Below are positions 43,892 to 53,243 of a stretch of 64,000 bases of DNA, one piece after another. The translations under genes and the position numbers were made by a program. The DNA is taken from positions 27,956 to 91,955 of the forward strand of contig MWEK01000002.1 of the NCBI GenBank assembly GCA_002070955.1. Direction: 5' to 3'. How positions within the stretch are numbered: position 1 is the stretch's first letter; each line of letters begins with the position of its first letter. A model generated the notes under the pieces. The model did no database searches, had not been told where the DNA came from, and worked only from the letters and a program-made list of their open reading frames with translations. Source of the stretch: Planctomycetes bacterium ADurb.Bin069 (lineage in GTDB: Bacteria > Planctomycetota > UBA8108 > UBA8890 > UBA8898).

Positions 43892-44497
43892 TCAGCGCCT
43901 GAACTCGCGCCGATCCTCCAGGGCCTCGGCCACGGTGGTTCCGGAGGTATAGCCGATCTGCCCGCCCGAGGCCAGGCCGCGGGCCAGGCGCGTGACCTTC
44001 ACGCCCGTCGCCCGCAGCATCTCCCAGGCGCAGAGGGCGGTGTTGTCGCCCTCCAACGTCGGGTTCGTCGCCAGGATCACTTCCGTTATTCCGCCGCGCT
44101 CGACGCGGGCCGCCAGGGCCGCCAGGGTGAGGTGCTCCTCGCCGACGCCGTCAAGGGGCGAAAGCGCCCCGAGGAGGACGTGGTACCGGCCGTGGAACGT
44201 CTCCGTCCGCTCGATCGCCACCAGGTCGCGCAATTGTTCGACGACACAAACGACGCCCGGGTCGCGGCGCGGATCCTTGCAGATGGCGCATAGATCGCCC
44301 TCGGCCGCGTTGAAACACTCGCGGCACGGCCTCAGCTTCTTCTTGACGTCGCGAATCGCGTGGGCCAGCGCCATGGCCTCGGCTTCCGGCGCGACAAGCA
44401 CGTGGAAAGCCAGACGCTCCGCCGAGCGCGGCCCCACGCCCGGCAGGCGCTTCAGCTCGGCGATCAGGCGGTTGATGAGGTCCTTCTCCTCGGCCAC
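43892..44497 (-). CDS. recR: recombination protein RecR
   Basis: HhH LPGVGPRSAERLAFH, zinc finger CRECFNAAEGDLCAIC and a Toprim region. GTG start lies 3 nt after the dnaX stop. Confidence 0.9.
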   Translation of the reverse strand: MAEEKDLINRLIAELKRLPGVGPRSAERLAFHVLVAPEAEAMALAHAIRDVKKKLRPCRECFNAAEGDLCAICKDPRRDPGVVCVVEQLRDLVAIERTETFHGRYHVLLGALSPLDGVGEEHLTLAALAARVERGGITEVILATNPTLEGDNTALCAWEMLRATGVKVTRLARGLASGGQIGYTSGTTVAEALEDRREFRR

Positions 44498-44500
44498 GGG

Positions 44501-46096
44501 TCACGCCGGACGCGTCCGGAAAATCTCCTTGGCTTTCTCGAAAATCGGCATGGCTTCCAGGTCCTCCTCGCGCGGCGCCTCGTCGGCGGCCGCCGGCGCG
44601 AGCTGGATCTCGATGGCCGCGGGCGCGCCGCTTACCTTTCGAACGATCTGCTCGATCAGCGCGCGCTGCGTGCTCTGCCCCAAATGCCTGAGCGTCGTCT
44701 CGCTGCGCACGAGGAGCACGATCGCCCCCGGCGCGCGCTCCTTCACCACCGCCGTGCGCAGAAACTCCGCCGTCCGCACGTTGGCCGCCTGCGCCTCGGC
44801 CAGGACCAGCGGCCAGATCGCTTCGATGTGGACCGCCTCGGCGAGCGCCGGCGTCTCGGGCGGGCGCGCCGCCGGAAGCGGCGCCCGCGGCGGCGATTCC
44901 GGCGGTTCCGAGACCGCCTGAGGCGGCTTCCGCGGCATCTCCGGCGGCTTCGGAACCGTCTCCGCCGCACTGCGTGCCGCCGGCCGCGCGGGCGTCTCGC
45001 GCGCGCTCCCGGGCGCCGCCGGCGCCGCAGCCGCCGCCTCCGCCAGGAGCTCGCCGATGGAAACCAGGCCCTCGCACGACGCCAGTCTGAGCAGCGTCGC
45101 CTCGGTCACGATCTCCGGGAACGGCGCCGCGCGCAGCCTGGCGATCGCCTCGGAGACGATTTCCAGGCGCAGGAGGTCGGCCTCGGCGATTTTCCTTCCG
45201 TCCTCCAGCGTCCGCTTGATTCCCTCGCGATACTCCAGCAGCACCTGTTCGAGCAGCGCCTCCGGCGCCGTGACGCCGCCGAGCGCTTCGCGCACGACGC
45301 GCCAGACGACGGGCGTGTCGCCCCGCGCGAGGGCGTCCATGAGCACCTGCATGCGCCCGCGGTCGAGGCGCCCCGCCACGCGGTCCAGGTCCACCAACGT
45401 CGGCGCCGGTCCCGCGAAGGTGATGAGCTGATCGAGGAGCGTCTGCGCATCGCGCATGCCGCCGTGGGCGTACTGGGCGATGCGCGCCAGCACGTCCTCG
45501 CCCGCAGCGACACCCTCCTTCTCGCAGATCTGCGCTAGGCGCCGCACGACATCGTTCTCGCCGATGGGCCGGAAGTCGAAGCGCTGAAGCCGCGAGATCA
45601 CGGTCTCGGGGATGCGCTGCGGCTCGGTCGTGGCGAAGATGAATTTAACGTGCGGAGGCGGCTCCTCCAGCGTCTTCAGAAAGGCGTTGAAGGCCTCGCG
45701 GGTGAGCATGTGCACCTCGTCGACGATGTACACCTTGCTCCGGCCGCGCATGGGCGCGCACGCGGCGCCCGCGATCAGCTCCCTGACGTCATCGATGCCG
45801 CGGTGCGACGCGCCGTCCAGTTCGATGACGTCCAGATCGGCCCCGGCCGCGATTTCCGCGCAGGCCGGGCACGCGCCGCACGGCTCGGCCCCGCGCCGAT
45901 CGCGGCAGTTGAGCGCCATCGCCAGAATGCGCGCCATCGACGTCTTCCCCACGCCCCGGGGGCCCGAGAACAGGTACGCGTGCGCCAGGCGGCCGGACTC
46001 GACCGCCTGCGCCAGCGTGCGCGCGGTCTCCTCCTGGCCGACGACCTCGTCGAACCGGCGCGGGCGGTAACGAAGGGCGATAACTTGATAGGCCAT
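44501..46096 (-). CDS. dnaX: DNA polymerase III subunit gamma/tau
   Basis: YRPRRFDEVVGQE, GPRGVGKTSMARILA, zinc module CGACPACAEI, VYIVDEVHMLT. Confidence 0.9.
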   Translation of the reverse strand: MAYQVIALRYRPRRFDEVVGQEETARTLAQAVESGRLAHAYLFSGPRGVGKTSMARILAMALNCRDRRGAEPCGACPACAEIAAGADLDVIELDGASHRGIDDVRELIAGAACAPMRGRSKVYIVDEVHMLTREAFNAFLKTLEEPPPHVKFIFATTEPQRIPETVISRLQRFDFRPIGENDVVRRLAQICEKEGVAAGEDVLARIAQYAHGGMRDAQTLLDQLITFAGPAPTLVDLDRVAGRLDRGRMQVLMDALARGDTPVVWRVVREALGGVTAPEALLEQVLLEYREGIKRTLEDGRKIAEADLLRLEIVSEAIARLRAAPFPEIVTEATLLRLASCEGLVSIGELLAEAAAAAPAAPGSARETPARPAARSAAETVPKPPEMPRKPPQAVSEPPESPPRAPLPAARPPETPALAEAVHIEAIWPLVLAEAQAANVRTAEFLRTAVVKERAPGAIVLLVRSETTLRHLGQSTQRALIEQIVRKVSGAPAAIEIQLAPAAADEAPREEDLEAMPIFEKAKEIFRTRPA

Positions 46097-46183
46097 GGCG
46101 CTCCGGGACGGCGCGCGGCGCGCCGTCCGACTCGCGGCCGGCCGGCGCTCGCGGCGAACGCCTCCGGCCGCGGGAGAATAAAA

Positions 46184-46260
46184 GGCCGCACATAGAAGCG
46201 GACCTGCCGTGGCTGCTCCCTTTCGGGCCTGACCAGATCAACAGCGCCCCTATTGCGGCC
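46184..46260 (-). ncRNA. ffs: small (4.5S-type) signal recognition particle RNA
   Basis: Minus strand reads GGCCGCAATAGGGGCGCTGTTGATCTGGTCAGGCCCGAAAGGGAGCAGCCACGGCAGGTCCGCTTCTATGTGCGGCC. The core GGUCAGGCCC-GAAA-GGGAGCAGCC matches the conserved domain IV (E. coli GGUCAGGUCCGGAAGGAAGCAGCC). The closing helix is GGCCGCA/TGCGGCC. It is followed by TTTTATT and lies upstream of dnaX, as in many bacteria. Confidence 0.85.
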
Positions 46261-46274
46261 TTTTTTTTCGTGAC

Positions 46275-46365
<91 letters not shown>

Positions 46366-46474
46366 TCGCAGCCTCGCCGCGCGGCCGCGACGCGCCCCGA
46401 AGCCCGGGAACGCGTCTCACGGCATTGTATCTCCGGGCCGCGAAACGGCAAGCCCGCGGGCGCCGCAAAAAAAC

Positions 46475-46566
46475 TGGCGGAGAGAGAGGGATTCGAACCC
46501 CCGGTGCCCAGTCAAGGGCACACCGGTTTTCGAAACCGGCCCGTTCAACCGCTCCGGCATCTCTCC
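46475..46566 (-). tRNA. tRNA-Ser (anticodon CGA), 92 nt with CCA
   Basis: Minus strand reads GGAGAGATGCCGGAG...CCGGT-TTCGAAA-ACCGG..., with a long variable arm, ...GGGGGTTCGAATCCC..., then TCTCTCC, G and CCA. Confidence 0.9.
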
Positions 46567-46917
46567 GCCGCACGGCGCCGGCGCCGCGCCGGTCCTATCT
46601 TAACGCCTGCGGTAGGGAAGACAAGTCGAAGGACGGACGTGAGTGAAAGGCTGAGGCGGGGGCGGAACCTCACGCGGCCGTCCCGAGGCGGGGCGGTGTG
46701 GAATCCCGGGACGCGCGCGGCCTTGAGGACGGGGCCGGCGGACCAGGCGGTCAGGAGATCGAGTTTCCGAGGGTTGCTCCAAGCCCGTCTCGGCCTTAGC
46801 AGGCTCTTGGTCTTGCCCGGAGTTCTGCGCCCCTCCCCCAGCGGCTGACTCACAGCGAAGGGCGGAGCAGCCCTGATCGCCCCCGCGGGCCTGCCGGCGC
46901 CGGGCGGGAGGGAGCGG

Positions 46918-47424
46918 TCAGGCGCCCAGGAGCGGCTCCCGGCCTTCCCCCCCGCTCTTCGCGGCCCGCAGCGCCTCGAAGAACTCCCTGAGGAGCTCCG
47001 CCGATTGCTCCGCGAGCAGCCCCGCCTCCACCGCCACGCGGTGGTTCAGGCCCGGGGTCTCGAAGAGGCGCATGACCGACGCGTGCGCCCCGGCCTTGGG
47101 ATCGACCGCCGCGTATACCAGGCGCGGGATCCTGGCCAGCACGCAGGCGCCCGCGCACATGGGACAAGGCTCGAGCGTCACGAAGAGGTCGACGTTGACT
47201 AGGCGCCACGAACGAAAATGCGCCGCGGCCGCCGTCAGCGCCAACATTTCGGCGTGCGCCGTCGGGTCCTGGAGCAGTTCGCGCTGATTGTGGCCGCGCC
47301 CCACGATCTGTCCCGTCGCGCGGTCGACCGCGACGGCGCCGATAGGCACGTCGCCGTGGGCCAGCGCGGCACGCGCCTCGATGAGCGCGCGTTCCATGAA
47401 TCTCCGGTCGCCCGCGTCAGCCAT
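46918..47424 (-). CDS. tadA: tRNA adenosine(34) deaminase
   Basis: HAEMLAL and PCPMCAGA zinc-binding motifs. ATG 47424 overlaps the upstream gene by 8 nt. Confidence 0.9.
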   Translation of the reverse strand: MADAGDRRFMERALIEARAALAHGDVPIGAVAVDRATGQIVGRGHNQRELLQDPTAHAEMLALTAAAAHFRSWRLVNVDLFVTLEPCPMCAGACVLARIPRLVYAAVDPKAGAHASVMRLFETPGLNHRVAVEAGLLAEQSAELLREFFEALRAAKSGGEGREPLLGA

Positions 47425-49138
47425 CGGTTTTCTCGAACAGCACCATCTCCGCTTCCCCTCCGTCCAGCGCCGCAACCCCGCCCCGAGGCGAAAACCCGGG
47501 ATCCGCGCGCAGCTCCTCTAGAGCGGCCTTTTCCACGATGATAGCCTTCACCTTGGGATCCGACGCCAGCGCGGCAAAATCCCCCCCCCACGTCACCAGC
47601 CGGTCGAAGTAGAAGCTCAGAACCTCGCGCACCCGCTCGGCTTTGTCACGCGCCCGCGCAACGCGCTTGCGCTCCGCGGGTTCGGCCGCGGGAGCGCGAT
47701 CGGGAACGAAGACCGCGATCGACTCGCCCGCAAGCCCGCGCGCCCTCAGCGCGTTCGCCATGCGCAGCCGCGCGGCAGCCTCGTCGTTGCGCGACACATC
47801 GACGGCTTCGAACGCATGCAGCACGATGACCACGCTCACGCACAGACGCGCCAACGGCAGCGGCGCCCAGCGCCTGAAGGCGAGGAAGGCCGCGAAAAGC
47901 ACGCACGCGGTCCCCAGCGGGACCGCCAGGGCATGGCCGCGGTGAAGGGTCGCGCCCGCCGCAACGGCGCACGCAATCACCGCGGCCGCGCCGCACAAGC
48001 GATCCGCCCACGCGACGGCGCGGGCGCACGCCGCTCCGTACCGTTCGACGAGCCCCGCCGCGGCCCAGGCGGCGATGATGACGCAGGGCGCGTACAGCGG
48101 AAGAAGATAGCGGTGATCCTTGATGGACGACAGGTTGAGCATGGCGAACATGGTGCCCGCCCACGTCAGCGCAAATCCGAGCCCGCGGAGCCGCGCCGGG
48201 TGGCGGCGCAGCCGCAGGCCTTGCCACAGGCCGAAAAGGAGCAGCGGGCTCCACGGCAGGAGGTACGTGGGCAGCGCGTGGAAGTAAAAGAGCAGCCATT
48301 CGCGGCTGCCGGCGATCTGCCGGGCGCGGAAGGCGTCCAAGTACGCCTGGCACTCCGGATGCAGCCACACCCCCAGCGCCCACGGCGCGACCGGCGCGAA
48401 CATGACCGGCAGCGTCGCGAAAAACACCCCCGGGCCGAAGCGCGCCCGCAGCCCCGGCGTCCGGCGCACCGCATTGACGGCCACCCATGCCGCCACCACC
48501 GCGCAGCCGCTCAGCGCGATCCAGGCCTTGTCGAGGAACGCGAGCCCGGTGGCGCCCCAGAAGCCCGCGTACCACCAGCGCCTTCCCGCGCCGCCCGACT
48601 CCCACCCCAAATGGAAGCAGACGAGCGCCGCCGACACCAGCACGCCGTACTCCATATCGATCCTGGTCCTGCGGCCCCACCAGAACCAACCGAAGGTACC
48701 GAGCAGCATGAGGGCGGCAAGCAGCCCCGCCCCGCGGCTGCGCAGCACCCGGGAGCCGTACAGCCAAACGAGCGCGGCACCCAGCACCGCGAAGGTCGCC
48801 GCGGGCACCCGCGCCGCTCCGGCGTTGACGCCGAGGAGCCGGTACGCCCAGGCTGTTTTCCAGAAGTGAAGCGGCGGCTTGTCGGGGTAGTATTCCCCTC
48901 CGAGCCTCAAGACCAGCCAGTCGCCGCTCTCCACGATCTCGCGGGCGATCTCCGCGTACCTGACGTAGTCCTTGTTCTCGATCGCCCGCCCCCACAGGTT
49001 GAAAAACATCGTGAAGGCGGCCAAGGCGAGGAGGTACAGCCCCGCCCGCCATGGCGGTGCGGGGCCATCGCCGAGGCCTGTGCGCAAATTCGCCGCCCCG
49101 CGCGGCTCTTCACCGGTTTCCACGGTTCCTCCAGGCAC
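47417..49138 (-). CDS. family 39 glycosyltransferase (ArnT/PMT-like, polytopic)
   Basis: YYPDKPPLHFW loop motif after TM1, at least 10 hydrophobic helices and a C-terminal soluble domain. Start uncertain (GTG 49138 or GTG 49123). Confidence 0.8.
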   Translation of the reverse strand: MPGGTVETGEEPRGAANLRTGLGDGPAPPWRAGLYLLALAAFTMFFNLWGRAIENKDYVRYAEIAREIVESGDWLVLRLGGEYYPDKPPLHFWKTAWAYRLLGVNAGAARVPAATFAVLGAALVWLYGSRVLRSRGAGLLAALMLLGTFGWFWWGRRTRIDMEYGVLVSAALVCFHLGWESGGAGRRWWYAGFWGATGLAFLDKAWIALSGCAVVAAWVAVNAVRRTPGLRARFGPGVFFATLPVMFAPVAPWALGVWLHPECQAYLDAFRARQIAGSREWLLFYFHALPTYLLPWSPLLLFGLWQGLRLRRHPARLRGLGFALTWAGTMFAMLNLSSIKDHRYLLPLYAPCVIIAAWAAAGLVERYGAACARAVAWADRLCGAAAVIACAVAAGATLHRGHALAVPLGTACVLFAAFLAFRRWAPLPLARLCVSVVIVLHAFEAVDVSRNDEAAARLRMANALRARGLAGESIAVFVPDRAPAAEPAERKRVARARDKAERVREVLSFYFDRLVTWGGDFAALASDPKVKAIIVEKAALEELRADPGFSPRGGVAALDGGEAEMVLFEKTDG

Positions 49139-49174
49139 TCGGCGCGCGATCGCGTGCCCGCGCGATCGGGACCG

Positions 49175-49203
49175 ATTCTATCATTATGACCTCGGAGGAG
49201 CAA
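49175..49203 (-). promoter_or_regulatory. candidate sigma70 promoter of the GT39-tadA unit
   Basis: Minus strand: TTGCTC (49203-49198), 17 nt spacer, TAGAAT (49180-49175). A direct repeat of GCGCGATCG x2 (about 49145-49168) lies between the promoter and the start codon. Confidence 0.4.
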
Positions 49204-49351
49204 TCTAAGCGGGCGACCCGCGAGGCGGTTGCGCTGCCCGGAAGTCTGCGCGTGTGTGGAGTCTCCATGGTGACCTGCGGCGCGCATACCCCAAGTGAGT
49301 GGTGCGGGGAGAGCGCCGCGCGGGTTCCTCGCCGGAGCACGCCGGGCGCCG

Positions 49352-52300
49352 TTAGTCGCAGCGCAGCGCATCCGGCGTCGGATCGAGGCCCGGTTCCGGG
49401 AAGGGAGGCGGCAGCCACGGCGTGTCGGTGTGAAAGTAATTCCGCAGAAAATAGATGACGTCGGAATAGTTGATCACGCCGTCGTCGTTGATGTCGCAGC
49501 GATCCTCGCAGCGCAACGGCGGGCCCATGCCCTCAAGGTGCGCCAGCAGCGCCGCCAGATCGGCGTTCTCCTCCGCCGGGCGCGGATCCAGCACGCCGTC
49601 CTCGTTGCAATCGCCGCGGATGAAGTCCGTCGCCGCGGCCTGGTTGGGACGGGCCGGCGTCGGCACGCACACGCCGAAGGCGCCGTCCCCGTCGGGAACC
49701 CGGCCCCACGAGCGGCCCTCGGGTAGAGCCGCCCATGCGGTCGCGTCCACGACGCACCCTCCCGCGGCCGGCGGTTGCGAGAGGCGCAGCGCGCCCGCGG
49801 GCGGCAACCCCGCGTAGTCCAGCACCAACAGCCCTCCCGGCGGCACGACGGTCCCCGCGGGGACGAACTCCACGGCGGCGATGGCGCCGCCCGCCCGCAC
49901 CTCCGCCTCCAGGCCGCCGATGTCGCGCTCCAAGCCGCCGGTGTTGAGCAACTCGATGAAACCTCCGGCGCCCGGCGCGATTTCGTTGATCACGATGTCC
50001 GAAGGCGCGCACCCCACGGTGAAGACGAAAGCGTCGTCCCACACCGGCGCATTCTGCTCACCCTTGCGCGAAAGCCAGGTCTTTTGGTCCCACGCATTCG
50101 TGCCTTCCACGAGATACCGGCCCACCCTGCCCGCCGCGGCGCCGCTCACGCCGCCGGTCCAGACCTGGTACGCGCCGGAATCCGAGGACCGGGTCAAAGC
50201 CACGGTCACTGTCGTCGTGCTGCCCTGCCAGCGGAGCCTCACCACCGCCGATTGCACCGATCCGCCGGGGTTCGACGGCATCGCCGAGCACGGATCGGCC
50301 GCCATGACCGTGAAGGCGATCGCCTCCCCGGCGGCGGGATCGCGCGGCCGGTGCGGCACATCCCGCACGAAGCGCACGCCCTCGCCGCAGTTCGGCGCAT
50401 CCGGCGTGGGCATCATGCCGCTCAGGACGACGCCGCCGTCCGGTTTCCTGCCGTACGCAAGCCTGGCCGGAACCGACGCGTACTGGAGGGAATCGAGCGG
50501 CACGTTCAGGCCGCCCCACGGCCAATCATCAGGCTTCCAGAGATACACCTGGCCGCCCGTGGGGCTGTAAGCGATATCGCAGGTCGCCGCGCCCGAGACG
50601 AGCGGGCCGAGCCGCACCGCGACCTGCTGGCCGGGGCCGAGCTCAAGGTCTCCGGCCACGATCCGCCGGCGGCTGGCGCCGGTGGGATCGTTGGCCTGGC
50701 CGAACTCGAAGCCGTCGAGGGCCACCGGCGGCGCGCAATCCTCCGCGTGGTAGAAAAGCTCGACGTAGGGTTCCGCCGGGCCCCAAAGACCGATCTCGTT
50801 GACCACGATGCGCGGTTCCGCCGACAGGTTGGGCTCTCCGGGGGAGGGAGGCTGCGGCGCGCCTTCCTCCTGACACGCCGAACGTCCGAACGCTCCCAGG
50901 GCTTCCCAATCCGCCATGCTCTTGAACCGGAAGCGGTCGATCGCGGCGTTCCCGTTCTCCCGTCGATCGTAGAGGGTGGCGGCGCCGCCGCGGTAACGCG
51001 CCAGCAACGACGGCCGTCCCGTCGTGCCGCCGTCAAGATCGATCACCGCATAGCCGCCCGGCGGGATCACGCCCTCCTCGAGGCGCCATTCCTCCGATGA
51101 GTACCGCGAGGCGTGCGGCTCCTCGGTCCCGGGCAGGGCGCGGGCGAAGAGCGACAAGAATCTGCCGGCAAGATCGAACGGCGCGTCGCCGGCGTTGTGC
51201 AGCTCGACGAAGGTGCGCATGCGCTCGGCGGTCGCGCCGCCGCCCGCGGCCACGGATTCGTACTCGCCTCGCAGGCCGACCTCGGTGATCGTGACGGGCG
51301 GCCGCTCGTAGCCTGCCGCGAACACGCGCCGCGGAGCCACGATCGTCGTCCGGCCGAGGGTCGCCGTCACCGTGTAGCTCACTCGCGCCCCGCGCGCGAA
51401 AGAGCCGATGGCGGCGGTGAAGCAGTCGCTCGCGACGGCGGCTTCGCCGCCGACCCGGCGCATCTCGGCCGCGCCGCGCCGGCCGCCATCGTCCTCCCAC
51501 GCCACCGCGGCGACGGGCACTCCGGCCGCCGGGGACCACATATCCTCCCACCCCAGACGCGCCCACACCGTCACCGGCTCGCCGGCGGCCGGGTTGAGGG
51601 TGTCGGCCGCCGCCATGCCGGACCATTCGACCCAGACGGCGACATCGGGCGTGAACCAGACCCGGTCCGCGCCGCAGGAATTCGGGAAGCGCGGCGTGGT
51701 GAAGCGCAGCGCCCGCGCCTCCTCGGCGGTGTTGTTGCCGCAACGCCCGGCGGCCTCATCGGTCTGGAGCGTGTCGAAGCTCAAGCGGCTGATCTCGATC
51801 AGGTTCTCCGTGCTGCCCAGGCTTTCCCTCAGGACGAGCATCCCGCCCCCCTTGGACAGCCGGTACGGCAGTTCGAACGCCGTCACATCGCCCAGAGCCC
51901 GGGCATACAGAAGCTGCGACGATCCCGGCGGCACCGAGAATCCCGTCGCGAGCTTGGCGCGCCCCGTCTCGCCGAGATACACGTCGTTGACGTACACGCC
52001 ATCGAGGGAAACCGCATCCTCGCCGTAGTTGTACAGCTCGACCCAGCCGGGCGAACTGGCGAGATTCCCCGTGTCGACCCGCACGAAGTCGCTCTGCGGC
52101 ATGACCTCGGAGAGCATGAGGCGCTTCTCGCATCCGACGCGAATGCGGTGCACGCGGCGCGCGCCGGCCCCCGCGGCGTAGTCATCGGGATCGTAAACCG
52201 TGCGGCCCCATTCGTTCACGGTGTGCACGTACCAGCCGATGACGGTCCGCGCGCCGCTGCCCGGGTCGATGTGCGCAAGGCCGCGCCCGGACAACACGGC

Positions 52301-52996
52301 CGTGTAGAGCTTCGGATCCCGCGCATCCGGGGTCATGGCGATCCCCGGCCACGTATCGGCATCCGCCGCCCCGCCGGGATTGACCTTATACCTGAGCATG
52401 ACCTGGGCGCCGGGGAGTTTGCGATCCGCCCGCACCGTGATGGTCACCGGAGAGTATGGATACGCCGGCATCACGTTCACGACGCGCAGATACAAGCCGA
52501 TGACCTGATTGGGCCTGCCCGGCGTGGGGCGCCAGGTAGCGACGTGGCGCCGCGGATCGTCGGGATCGGCGACCCAGGCGACATCGGTGCCCAACGCGGG
52601 CAGATCCACGCGGTCAATGACCGTCACGCCGTCGGGCGCCGTCAGGTAGACGCTCTCCTCGCTGCTCAGACCGAAGGTCGCGTGCAGCGCCTCGGTGGGT
52701 TCGCCGCCGGCGGCGACGACCAGGAATCCCTTGCCGGAAATGACCGTCCCCTGAGGAAAGGCCCATTTCCTGAGATTGCCGCCGCTGTCGCTGAGGTAGT
52801 ACCCGCCGAGTTTGAGCTCCCTGGGCGAGGGATTGTAGAGCTCGATCGCATCCCAGGCGCCGGCCCAGCCGGGCGCCGTGAAGCGCCGCGCATCGGGAAG
52901 CACCTCGCTGATCCGCACGCCGCCCGCATTGATGCTCCCCGACCGATCGCAGCCCGCGACCGCGGCGAACAAAAGCAGAAACATCAAAGGGCGCAT
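49352..52996 (-). CDS. 1214-aa surface lipoprotein with about five lamin-tail (LTD) domains and a C-terminal dockerin-like module
   Basis: ATG 52996 follows GAGGAG, giving MRPLMFLLLFAAVAGC. LTD signatures: ISEVLP...WDAIELYNPSPRELKLGGYYLSD, LSEVMP...WVELYNYGEDAVSLDGVYVND, ITEV...FVELHNAGDAPFDLAGRFLS, VVNEI...YVELFYH, VINEIAPGAGGFIELLNTG. The C-terminus is DCNEDGVLD...CDINDDGVINYSDVIYFL. Confidence 0.8.
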   Translation of the reverse strand: MRPLMFLLLFAAVAGCDRSGSINAGGVRISEVLPDARRFTAPGWAGAWDAIELYNPSPRELKLGGYYLSDSGGNLRKWAFPQGTVISGKGFLVVAAGGEPTEALHATFGLSSEESVYLTAPDGVTVIDRVDLPALGTDVAWVADPDDPRRHVATWRPTPGRPNQVIGLYLRVVNVMPAYPYSPVTITVRADRKLPGAQVMLRYKVNPGGAADADTWPGIAMTPDARDPKLYTAVLSGRGLAHIDPGSGARTVIGWYVHTVNEWGRTVYDPDDYAAGAGARRVHRIRVGCEKRLMLSEVMPQSDFVRVDTGNLASSPGWVELYNYGEDAVSLDGVYVNDVYLGETGRAKLATGFSVPPGSSQLLYARALGDVTAFELPYRLSKGGGMLVLRESLGSTENLIEISRLSFDTLQTDEAAGRCGNNTAEEARALRFTTPRFPNSCGADRVWFTPDVAVWVEWSGMAAADTLNPAAGEPVTVWARLGWEDMWSPAAGVPVAAVAWEDDGGRRGAAEMRRVGGEAAVASDCFTAAIGSFARGARVSYTVTATLGRTTIVAPRRVFAAGYERPPVTITEVGLRGEYESVAAGGGATAERMRTFVELHNAGDAPFDLAGRFLSLFARALPGTEEPHASRYSSEEWRLEEGVIPPGGYAVIDLDGGTTGRPSLLARYRGGAATLYDRRENGNAAIDRFRFKSMADWEALGAFGRSACQEEGAPQPPSPGEPNLSAEPRIVVNEIGLWGPAEPYVELFYHAEDCAPPVALDGFEFGQANDPTGASRRRIVAGDLELGPGQQVAVRLGPLVSGAATCDIAYSPTGGQVYLWKPDDWPWGGLNVPLDSLQYASVPARLAYGRKPDGGVVLSGMMPTPDAPNCGEGVRFVRDVPHRPRDPAAGEAIAFTVMAADPCSAMPSNPGGSVQSAVVRLRWQGSTTTVTVALTRSSDSGAYQVWTGGVSGAAAGRVGRYLVEGTNAWDQKTWLSRKGEQNAPVWDDAFVFTVGCAPSDIVINEIAPGAGGFIELLNTGGLERDIGGLEAEVRAGGAIAAVEFVPAGTVVPPGGLLVLDYAGLPPAGALRLSQPPAAGGCVVDATAWAALPEGRSWGRVPDGDGAFGVCVPTPARPNQAAATDFIRGDCNEDGVLDPRPAEENADLAALLAHLEGMGPPLRCEDRCDINDDGVINYSDVIYFLRNYFHTDTPWLPPPFPEPGLDPTPDALRCD

Positions 52997-53243
52997 CGAG
53001 AGGCTCCTCGTCCTCCAAACCTCGATTGTACCACAGCGCCGGCGGCGGACGCGGCGCCGCGGTAAAGGCTTGCGCGCCCTGGGATTGTTGTCGGGCGCCC
53101 GCGGGCGAAGACGCGGGTCCCCAGCGGAACACGCCCCCCCGGGGAGGCCGCCGGGCCCTTCCCCGCGGCCCCGCGGCGCCCTTGCATAACGGGCCGCGCC
53201 GGAATTATCTTGATAGGCGCGCCGCCGCCTTTGAGGATCACGC

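Noticed and set aside
44498-44500. Absence of ybaB/ebfC between dnaX and recR as a sign of gene loss.
   Set aside because: Only 3 nt separate the genes, so nothing is hidden here. ybaB may simply be elsewhere in the genome, which cannot be judged from one window.
44501-46096. Programmed -1 frameshift site in dnaX (gamma/tau).
   Set aside because: No A-AAA-AAG-type slippery heptamer or comparable homopolymer is visible in the gene.
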